From positions 89,590,001 through 89,654,000 of the forward strand of contig OZ024747.1 of assembly GCA_964016885.1 (NCBI GenBank): a stretch of DNA of 64,000 bases. Reading direction: 5' to 3'. This DNA is from Eledone cirrhosa. Its lineage: Eukaryota. Below the pieces are notes generated by a model. That model was not told where the DNA came from, made no database searches, and worked only from the letters and a program-made list of their open reading frames with translations. Below are positions 25,618 through 35,733 of this stretch, piece by piece. Position numbers and translations under genes: made by a program. Within the stretch, counting starts at the first letter, position 1; the number at the start of each line of letters is the position of its first letter.

Positions 25618-27290
25618 AAAATAAACAGATCTTACATTATATAACCAGGCACGTTTTCAGACAGTTTGGTATCAAAATGGTAAACAAGAACCATTACATT
25701 GAATAATGTGATCATAGATGTCTGAAAACAAAACAAGAGATCAGCATGGCTGGAATGTCTTTGATCATGGGTTGGCTTGAACAAGGTTCACTCTGGGTTA
25801 CAACAACAACAGCAGCATGAGATTTTTTATGATACACCATCATTGCCAAATTAGTATCTCTAAATGCTTTACTCTGTTAGATCTTTATTGCTTCATATAA
25901 GTTTATTATTGCTACAATAATGATTCCACTCAAATTTAAAATTGTTTTCAACCAACCCAAGAATTTTTGAATACTCTTTTGTGTTTGTAAAGCACAAAAC
26001 TGGATTCTGCTCTCATATATATTTTTTTTTTATTCAAACAAAACATTTTTTTCCCATTTAGAAAAATGACTACTATGATGCAACAATATTATTTATTCAC
26101 CAACTTGCCAGAAAATATTTTTTCCAACAATATAATAAAGAATTATTATCTAAGAATTCTAGTGCCATTAAGTTACTATTTTAGGCTTTAGAAATAGATT
26201 TGAATCAGTAATATCTGCCATAAGCATAATTCCAATATTTATAACATTTGAGAGACAATTTTATTTATTCTTTTATTGCTTATAGTCATTGAATTGTGGT
26301 CATGCTGGGGCATTGCTTTTATGAGTTTTAGGCAATCATATTGCCTCTAGTACTTATTTCATTCTGGTACTTGTTTTATCGATCTCAATTTAATTGACTA
26401 ATAAACTTATATGAATATATATGTTACCCACTCTGCATCTCTCCATGCATTGAGTACTTCCATGATCAGTGGTCTCAGCACTGCAGACTCTATACATATG
26501 TATGTATATATATAACTGATGAGTAAATTACAAGTGCCATTAATATAGATTAGCATGCACACACGTTATTTTCAGTCTTCTAAAGGATGCATATATATAT
26601 ATATTTGCAATTTTCCCTAACATTCCAATACAGTTTGAAGGGATACATACACAATTTTAGGCTATAAGTTTAACACATTCTTTTATCATCATTAGTAATA
26701 TTATATTAACACTACATCTACTGCCAAGGTCACTGCATCCAATAGCCACTCCTCAGCTACTGAAAACCCCAACTGACTGACCTGATTTCAGAAAAAGTTG
26801 ACAATGGCACCATTAGGGAATTCAATAGACTTGATGGAGTAGTGAAGCTAAATCTGATCAATAGGAAATTATTACTTCTACTGATGCTGTAAATTTGTTT
26901 ATTTTAAATCATACTACAGGGGCCTTGAGAAAGCAATACCAAATTTCAGCCCGGAGCATATCAACAAATCAAAAGTAGTAAGCTTTATTTGATCTTTGTT
27001 TTTTCTGTTCCAGTTCTAGCTGTCTGATGAGATCATAGCTGTTGCATAATGGTTATCACCAAAAAATATCTAACAGCAATTATGAATATATGAAGATAAT
27101 TTTAACCTGTTGACTTTCTGTTTATAAATATACTCCGTAATAAATAGACCCACCTGCGTACTTCGTCGAGTGCTCTACCCTGCATACTGAAGTGTCGATT
27201 AACTAACATACTCAAATTAATATATATAAGTATATAAGTATATACCGCATTGCGAGAGTGATTGGAAAGAGAGAGAAAGGGTGTATTTAT

Positions 27291-27890
27291 ATCTACAACC
27301 ACAAGGAAATGATGAGAGGCCTTGTGTGTTCCGTAAATCTGAGAGAGTTACCATCTGGAGCTTTGCTCTTGGTAGAGCCACCCTAGGCGGGCCAGTCTCC
27401 AGGGAAATTTCCAGACCAACAGTGATCCACAGCATGCTGGCTAACGACCAAGACGGCAGCCCCATCAACCAACTATTCTGTGGAGGGCCACACTAGGTTG
27501 GCCAGTCTCCCAGGAAGGTTACAGTCCAACAGTGACCCATGGTGTGTGTGCTTACTGCCAAGATGGCAGCTCTATCAACCAACTATTCTGTGGAGGGCCA
27601 CACTAGGTTGGCCAGTCTCCCAGGGAGGTTACAGTCCAACAGTGACCCATGGTGTGTGTGCTTACTGCCAAGATGGCAGCTCTATCAACTAACTATTCTG
27701 TGGAGGGCCAACAACCCACTCAGTAGAACCATTAATGTGTTACAAAATGGAAAAGAAACTGGACTGCCCAACATTGGAGCGATGAAGGGCGTTGGTGGAC
27801 CTGGTTGGCTCTATGCACGATGCTTGCAGATCGCTGGCTTGGGATGACTCCGGCCTCATCAAGCAAGAGCAAGAAGAAGATGAAGAAAAC
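27291..27890 (+). mobile_element. Non-autonomous bipartite RTE/BovB-like element (5' UTR + 3' end) with triplicated 110-bp module
   Basis: GGTAGAGCCACCCTAGGCGG..GTCT..AGACCAACAGTGATCC resembles BovB/Expander 5' UTRs as recalled. 3' part encodes RWWTWLALCT (RTE C-terminus-like) with a (GAA) tail. Flanking direct repeat GTGTATTTAT (27281-90) / GGGTATTTAT (27891-900). Confidence 0.7.
27377..27706 (+). repeat. Three tandem 110-bp units
   Basis: GCCA at 27377, 27487, 27597 and 27707 gives a period of exactly 110. Units 2 and 3 differ at two positions; unit 1 is more diverged. Confidence 0.97.
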
Positions 27891-28594
27891 GGGTATTTAT
27901 CATTTTTGAAAATATTAGACACATTTAGTTGTCTACATTCAGAAGGTATTGGCAAGCCTGACATTATAACAATTGTCATAAAGCAGGATATAATCAAAAC
28001 TATAGATGGCATTGCTCAGTGGAATGAAACCTGAAGCCATTTGGCTGCAAAACTAACTTAATCACACAGCCATGCCTGCACCTATTATATTAAAACTTAG
28101 AGATGTAGTAAAACTTTGTGTTTATTACATCCCTAAGAAAAACATAAATAAATTGAACATGTCAATTTTTATAGGAATTGGTCAATGTTTGACAATTTCA
28201 TTTTATTATTTGTCATTTCCTTTCATCTTCCTTTTATGTAATAAAGGTATAACCATGTTAACTTAATCTTTATGGCATCCAACCATTGCCTGCAGGGAAA
28301 AGTGGACAGAAAATGTACAGTAACAATATCTGCTTAATTCAAACAACTTTTTTCATTTTTTATATTTTACTTGCTGTTTTACTTTACTATCATTTTACAG
28401 TTATTAATCTCCATTTAGATTAGTTTTATACAAACATTTTAAATTTATAACATTATGTACATTTTGTGTGTTGCAATGAAGGGATACAAAATATTGAAAA
28501 GAGAAATACTGGATATACTCATAAATTTTACAGGTGGATAGATCACACCAGGAGTTAAGCTGTATTTCTATTCTAGATAGAACGTTTTTAGACA

Positions 28595-28885
28595 TATCTA
28601 CAAAACAATATGTAATGATGTAATAACTATTCTATGGGTCTACAAAACATGTAATAACTTATCTATAGCACGTAGTAAACATTGTGTAATGACGTAATAA
28701 CTGTTCTATGGGGGTCTACAAACAATGTAATAATTTATCTATAGGACCTACAAAACATGTAATGAAATATCTATGGCACCTACAAGACATTATGTAATAA
28801 CTTATCTATGGGACCAAGACATTATGTAATAAATTATTTTGAAGGTCCTATAGATAGGTTATCTATAAGACCTACAAAACAATGT
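28595..28885. repeat. Degenerate ~30-40-bp tandem repeat (CTACAAAACA..TGTAATAACTTATCTATGG)
   Basis: Roughly eight decayed copies visible. Confidence 0.75.
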
Positions 28886-29196
28886 GCAAATCAAGTAGAC
28901 TTGCATGTAATGTTTTTTTATCTGGTAGGTTTAGTCAAATACTGGTTCTTATGTGTTTTTTTTAAATTTTTTATGGACAAGGGTGCAATTTATATATGAA
29001 AATATACATAGTATAGAATGCACCAACTACTCTAATGTGGTTGTTAATTAAATTGAGACAATTTTGCTGTACATTCAACAACCTCTCTCATACTGGTGCC
29101 TCCCTTTAAGGTGGATGGGTGTAAGGAAGGACATCCAGCCATAGAAAACATGTCAAATAAGAAACATTTGAACAAGATGAGATTTTTCCAACCTGT

Positions 29197-29760
29197 CCAG
29201 TCTCAGACTATCACAACCTCTCTCTCTCTCTCCAGTCTCAGACTGTCACAACCTCTCTCTCCAGTCTCAGACTGTCACAACCTCTCTCTCCAGTCTCAGA
29301 CTGTCACAACCTCTCTCTCCAGTCTCAGACTATCACAACCTCTCTCTCTCTCCAGTCTCAGACTGTCACAACCTCTCTCTCCAGTCTCAGACTGTCACAA
29401 CCTCTCTCTCTCTCCAGTCTCAGACTGTCACAACCTCTCTCTCTCTCCAGTCTCAGACTGTCACAACCTCTCTCTCTCTCTCTCCAGTCTCAGACTGTCA
29501 CAACCTCTCTCTCCAGTCTCAGACTGTCACAACCTCTCTCTCTCCAGTCTCAGACTGTCACAACCTCTCTCTCTCCAGTCTCAGACTGTCACAACCTCTC
29601 TCTCTCCAGTCTCAGACTGTCACAACCTCTCTCTCTCCAGTCTCAGACTGTCACAACCTCTCTCTCTCCAGTCTCAGACTGTCACAACCTCTCTCTCTCT
29701 CCAGTCTCAGACTGTCACAACCTCTCTCTCTCTCCAGTCTCAGACTGTCACAACCTCTCC
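29197..29760 (+). repeat. Minisatellite: 18 x CCAGTCTCAGACTGTCACAACC(TC)n inside an RTE-tailed SINE (~29105-29790)
   Basis: 18 units counted. Flanked by SINE body AAGGAAGGACATCCAGCCATAGAAA and tail CCAACCTATGTCAACATGGAGGAATGATGAT. Confidence 0.97.
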
Positions 29761-30070
29761 AACCTATGTCAACATGGAGGAATGATGATAGGATAACTAC
29801 TTTAGCACATGATTCTGTTAATTAGCTTGATCACTCTCCTACATTCACTTGAAAACTACCTTAATCTCTTAAGCTTTCTTTTATAGAAAATGAATCATTT
29901 TATAAGTTACTTCATAACCAAACTGTCATCTCTCTCCCCTTCGTTCCTATAAATAAAAGATAAACAACAGGTCATGTTCTCATCTTATCAATTACTTCCC
30001 CCAGGGTAAGACAAGAGGACAATTCAGAGATATAATACTTATCTGTTAATCTACCCCTTGCATCACACAA

Positions 30071-30239
30071 ATGTGTGTGTGTATGTGTATACATATCTAT
30101 TATGTGTGTGTATACGTATATATATTATATAGGTGTGTGTGTGTTTATACATTTATGTGTGTGTATGTGTGTGTATGTGTGTACGTATATATATTATATG
30201 GGTGTATGTGTATTTATACATATATATGTGTGTATGTGT

Positions 30240-30285
<46 letters not shown>
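30071..30285. repeat. (TG/TA)n microsatellite
   Basis: Directly visible. Confidence 0.9.
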
Positions 30286-30289
<4 letters not shown>

Positions 30290-30625
30290 TATGAAAGACG
30301 TAAAATAAGAAAATTATAAAAATTAACTTACTAAAATATATATAAAATATATAGATATGTGTGCTCTTTTTGAAGTAGCTATTGTTATTGTAGTAGCTAC
30401 TGCTGTTTGTGTTGCTGTTATCAGCATTGTCACCACCAGTGGTTGTGATAACATCTTTCTTCTTTTTACACCTTCACCTTTACATATGGCTGTTGGTGTT
30501 TTCAACTGACGCTCATTGTTTGTAGGCTCAAAAACTGCAGTCAATGGTATATATTTTTTAATACTTTTTAATCTCACTCATTTTACAACTATTCATGCAA
30601 AATTTAGACACTGTCTGTTTTTAAT

Positions 30626-30815
30626 AATGGTTTCTACTTTAGGCACAAGGCCTGTAATTTTGGGGGAGGGGAAAGTCGATTAAATCAACCCAAGTGCATA
30701 ACTGGTACTTTATTTTATCGACCCCGTAGGGGATGAAAGGCAAAGCTAACCTGCGCAGGATTTGAACTCAGAACAGAAAGGGCTGTAACGACGCCGTGAA
30801 GCAAGGTGTCGGACA
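30626..30815 (-). mobile_element. tRNA-derived SINE family A
   Basis: GTTTCTACTTTAGGCACAAGGCC...TTTATCGACCCCGTAGGGGATGAAAGGCAAAG...GATTTGAACTC (B box on minus strand). Confidence 0.88.
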
Positions 30816-30995
30816 AATCCAGTTGTGTTTATTTTTCAGAAGTTAACCTTTCAACAGAAAACAAGAGATTGATGAAATAATCACTAGCGTTAATATGATT
30901 GACTAAATCATGGCTGTGCTCCAGCATGGCCACAATTGAATGACTGAAACCAGTAAAAGGATAAAAAGAACATTATATATGAGCAACTACTGCCC

Positions 30996-31004
<9 letters not shown>

Positions 31005-31027
<23 letters not shown>

Positions 31028-31206
31028 AAGGAGAGAGAGAGAGAGAGAGAGAAAGGAGAGAGAGAGAGAGAGAAAGGAGAGAAGAGAGAGAGAGAGAGAG
31101 AAAGGAGAGAAGAGAGAGAGAGAGAGAGAAAGGAGAGAGAGAGAGATAGAGAGAGAAAGGAGAGAGAGAAAGGAGAGAGAGAGAGAAAGGAGAGAGAGAG
31201 AGAGAA

Positions 31207-31279
<73 letters not shown>
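31005..31279. repeat. (GA)n microsatellite punctuated by AAAGG
   Basis: Directly visible; source of the SL/ER spurious ORFs. Confidence 0.97.
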
Positions 31280-31281
<2 letters not shown>

Positions 31282-31694
31282 TGCGTGCATGCATTTATAT
31301 ACTCATACATATAAATGTATGTATATGCACATATACATACACACAGACATATACCCATATGCATCAGCATGTTAAAAAAAATTCTAGTACACTATATTAC
31401 TGTTGAATAAGGATATGAAATAGGAAACAATTTTATAAATCAGAGATATTTACTACTGATACATACTACAAGATTGTGCTACAGCCAATCCTTCTGGGAA
31501 GTTAGGCTATATCTTATATACTTCAATAAAACATTGTTATTTTGGTGTTGTTTAGCCCCAGGTCTGCTATTATCAAACAGATCAGTTAACAATGGCATAA
31601 CAGCTGTGGCCATCATTTCTTTTATTCTTCAGACATAACATAGCATAGCAACCAGTAAATCTTTTTTTTTAAAGACTGTTAGAAAGAAAACTGA

Positions 31695-32285
31695 GCTGAT
31701 ATGAGCATGGGATACAAATGGTGGATGGCAGTTGGGTAAAGATGTGCTAAGTTATTCAAGTGGAAAGAAGCTGTGGAAAAGGAAGACCAAAGACACTTTA
31801 GACGTAACATAGCAACCAATGAATGTCTTTTTTTAAAGACTGTTAAAAAGAAAATTGAGCTGGTATGAGCATGGAATACATATGATGAATGTTCCCAGAC
31901 CGGGCGATGCATTATGTCCTTGAGCAAGACACTTTATTTCACGTTGCTCCTTCTGCCTGAAGTTGCGACTGACAGATTGTATTAGCAATTGGAAAGAGCA
32001 ATGGAGACATTCTTTCCTTGGTCCAATTTGACAAGCTTCATGCCATTCGTTAAACAAATGAGGTCTGGGATCTTGTCACACTATCGATAGATATAGTGGA
32101 TGGCAGTTGGGTAAAGATGTGCCAGGTAATGCAAGAGGAGGGAAGTTGTGGAATAGGAAGACCAAAGAAACTATGGGGAAAAGGTGAAGAACAATCTCAG
32201 AAGGCCAAACCTCATGAAGGAGTTCATAAAGGACCACAACAGGTGATGAGACCGTGTTGGAAAAGACTCATCCAACCCATGTGGT
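31695..32285 (+). mobile_element. Two short RTE C-terminal fragments plus a CORE-SINE piece
   Basis: GTGGATGGCAGTTGGGTAAAGATGTG (DGSWVKMC..GRPK) occurs at ~31720 and ~32096. GTCCTTGAGCAAGACACTTTATTTCACG at ~31917. Confidence 0.7.
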
Positions 32286-32557
32286 GGTGGTATTGGTAGT
32301 GGTGGTGATGATGTTGGTGATGGTAGTTGTATTATTGGAGGTAGAGATGGTGGTGGGTGGTGGTGCCATTAGCAGTGGTGGTATTTGTGGTAGTCATGAT
32401 GGTAGTTGTGGTGCCATTGGCAATGATGGCGATGGTGGTGGTATTTGTGGTAGTTATGATGGTAGTAGTAGTAGTAGTGAGTGTGAATCATAGGAGATAT
32501 TGCTATTTCTAGCAAAAGAGTGGCTGAAGAAGCTCCTTCATTAGCACACACACTCAC

Positions 32558-32644
<87 letters not shown>

Positions 32645-32962
32645 ATTTTCAATAAGGACGATGACAATACTATGGACAGATTTGACCTGAGAGTCTATGT
32701 TTCTTGAAGCCTGATATTTCATCTACTTATTCTTGCACCCTTTATATCTGATAGAATAATATTGAATAGTTAAGCAGCTTAAACGAAAATTGATGATAGA
32801 GATTATTTATACATGTATCAGGAAGACAATGTAGATAATAGGAAGTAGAAAGGCAGCTACAAGTTAGGTGATCTTGTAATGTTATTTTCAAAGTAATGTA
32901 CTTTGTCATTAATTTCATATGGAACTATTCCTGTACAGTGATAAATTTGTATATACATTTAA

Positions 32963-33347
32963 CCCTTTAACTCTTATATTTTCACATGAATGCATTACCT
33001 CACAATTATCTCACATAATATCAAATCTGAGATTTTGAATTTTATTTTGAAAACACTAAATGAACCGTATAAGTGGCCGGTTATAACCAGTTTGAACAGA
33101 AAGAGGTGAGAGAATTCTGGTTGGATAGCGTGGGTTTAACACTTTAGCATTTAAACTGGCCATATCCGGCAAGAATTCTCTCCCGTCTTTCTGTTCAAAC
33201 CAGCCATAACCTGCCACTCATACTGATATTAAGGAATTATTCTCAAAATAGATAACATCAACATTTCCTAACTTCGATATTATGTGAGATAAAGCCTTTA
33301 CCATGAAAATACAATAGTAAATACAGAGTAATGTAAATACTAAAGGG
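32963..33347. mobile_element. Inverted dimer of piggyBac-type MITEs (minus copy 32963-33139, plus copy 33140-33347)
   Basis: TTAA-CCCTTTAA... / ...GGTTTAA-CACTTTAGCATTTAAACTGGCC...AAATACTAAAGGG-TTAA. Confidence 0.87.
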
Positions 33348-33576
33348 TTAATTTCATATGGAACCATTCATGTATAGTGATAAATTTGTATATATATTTA
33401 AACATGGAGACCAACTAACTGACAAGTGGAACATTGATGTATAGGTTTTTGATTACTTATATAAAATGCTATAAAACTCACACTTGGAATACAGGTTTGA
33501 GTATTAAATTATTTAGGTCACACATTCAAAGATTCTTATTGAATTTAATACACATTTGTAACATTAACTTTAGATT

Positions 33577-33949
33577 TGTAGCGGTTGTCTCCCTTGTTTT
33601 GATTAGGATCTAGACGGGAAGTAGAACCCTTTCTGCAACTTCCGGTCAGAACCCTATAAAACTAACAACTTTAAGCTTTCATTCTCTCATTGCCTTTTCG
33701 GCACCAGGTCAAGAGCCTCTCATTTGGCTCTGCCATTCATTTGGCCAACAGGCGCCTGGCCTTAGCCAGGCGTCCTCTGCCAGCCGCGTTTGCCTGGCAA
33801 TCAAAACGGTAACTACTAACTTTGCTTCATTCTATCATCCTCATCTTTGACATGTCAACTATACTATCTACCATTGTTAATTAAATATTATCTACACACA
33901 AACCATGTCTCGTTTTGTTACATTCATGCAACCTAGTACTCTCGCTATA
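33577..33949 (+). mobile_element. Solo LTR (Gypsy-like, 373 bp)
   Basis: Ends TGTAGCG...CGCTATA. 4-bp TSD GATT (33573-76, 33950-53). TATA-like CCTATAAAA ~33653 and ATTAAA ~33880. Second copy at 35297-35662. Confidence 0.88.
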
Positions 33950-34334
33950 GATTTAACAATGTACATTTACTACAAGAAAACAACACTTGCTTCAATGACT
34001 TTCTCGTACACATTGCTACTAGTTTAAAAATCTGTTTTCCTTATAATAGCTGAACATAATACTAGAGTATACCCAATTTACAATCAACTGTCTTCTTTCA
34101 GAGAAAGTGCACTAAATCTCAATGGTCTTTTCTTCAGTATAACTTGTTGAAAAATTTCTAAACATAATATTTATCACACATCTTATCTGTAAAGTAAAAC
34201 ATTCTGCACGTGCCCACACCATTTCATTCGAATGAAATCAGGAAAGTCCTAATTATGTCGGAATTAAACAGTTCTAGTTCTGTCAAAGTCATTTCTATAT
34301 AAAATGAAGATTTTATGTGCATATATAATATGAT

Positions 34335-34474
34335 TGGCGCTAAGAAGGGCGTCCAGCTGTAGAAAACCAGCCAGAAAGTCCTATATGAGCAAGACATGGT
34401 CACCCAACCCAACTGACCTCTAAATGGGACAAACCCATCTAACCCATGCTAGCGAGGAAGATATTAATCGATGA

Positions 34475-34478
<4 letters not shown>
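34335..34478 (+). mobile_element. RTE-tailed SINE fragment
   Basis: TGGCGCTAAGAAGGGCGTCCAGCTGTAGAAAA...AACCCATGCTAGCG...GATGATGAT, running into (TA)n. Confidence 0.8.
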
Positions 34479-34510
<32 letters not shown>

Positions 34511-34619
34511 TAATACATGGTTGGTTACTCAGTAATGTATAGTTACTTCATTCTGTATATACCACCTCTAGGCAAAAATAAAACAATTACGTTACATAAC
34601 ACCTAAGTAATCTAACATG

Positions 34620-34664
<45 letters not shown>

Positions 34665-35296
34665 ATAATAAATTTGAAGACTAAAATCCAAAGAGGGCTC
34701 GATAAGGATAAATATCAAATATATAAGAACCCTAGACCAAATATTTATTAAAATAACAGATTAAAGTTTAAACAAAGAATCGCTGCTTTCACCCTTAACG
34801 GGATCTTCTGAAACTGAAAAAAAAAAATAAAAAAAAAAAAAAAAAAGAAATCAATCTGTGAACGCTATATGAAGGCATAAACATTATGTTTATGTATAAT
34901 AAACATAGAAAAGACTGTTTTATGCTGTGATCATGTCAGTAGCCCTGTAAGAATGTCAGACATATTTATACATATATACACAAATTTATATATATATATA
35001 TATATATATTTAATACAATAACAGAGATAGTTTAAAGCTAAACTCTGACTGGTAACCATCTCACTCAACAAACATTAGGTTATATTAAAATATAAACCCA
35101 ATTTAAGTGTTTGGGGTGCTAACAATATGTATAATGTTGTATTATTTCCAAACAATTGTTTCATTATAAGTTTTCTACAAGTTTGGGAGAATGTTTCCAG
35201 TTTATGTAGAAGCCTAATATATATTCATGTAAGAATATATTTAGGTGGGCACTTATAAACCGTCAGTGGAAGCCCATTAAAACAATTTCTTACCGC

Positions 35297-35662
35297 TATA
35301 GCGAGATTACTGGTAGTATGAATGTAACAAAACGAGACAATGTTTGTGTATATAATATTTAATTAACGGTAGATAGAATACTTGACATGTCAAAGATAGA
35401 TGTTAGAATGAAACAAAGTTAGTAGTTACCGTTTTGATTGCCAGGCAAACGCGGCTGGCAGAGGGCGCCTGGCTAAGGCCAGGCGCCTGTTGGCCAAATT
35501 AATGGCAGAGCCAAATGAGAAGACTCTTGACCTGGTGCCGAAAAGGCAAAGAGAGAGAGGAAGCTTAAAGTTGTTAGTTTTATAGGGCTCTGACCGGAAG
35601 TCGTAGAAAGGGTTCCACCTCCCGTCTAGATCCCAATCAAAACAAGGGAGACAACCGCTACA
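35297..35662 (-). mobile_element. Solo LTR (366 bp), same family, opposite orientation
   Basis: Reverse complement of 33577-33949 along its length. Ends TATAGCG...CGCTACA. 4-bp TSD CCGC (35293-96, 35663-66). Confidence 0.88.
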
Positions 35663-35733
35663 CCGCTGTCAAAAATCATGTCCGTAAAGTTGGTCTCTCT
35701 CACCTCGAATGACCGCTAAATATATATATAAAG

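Noticed and set aside
27020-27100. CTGATGA hammerhead core
   Set aside because: No correctly placed GAAA or stem III after the candidate stem II.
27901-28034. Possible RTE endonuclease N-terminus (IGKPDII...IDGIAQW)
   Set aside because: Similarity is weak and it lies outside the TSD of the adjacent element.
29096-29785. 229-aa ORF
   Set aside because: It is the translation of the minisatellite inside a SINE; no coding signal.
30908-31375. SL- and ER-repeat ORFs
   Set aside because: Translations of the (GA)n microsatellite.
33577-35662. Single 2.1-kb DNA transposon with 370-bp TIRs
   Set aside because: Each arm has its own distinct 4-bp TSD, and the outer flanks (GATT vs CCGC) do not match.
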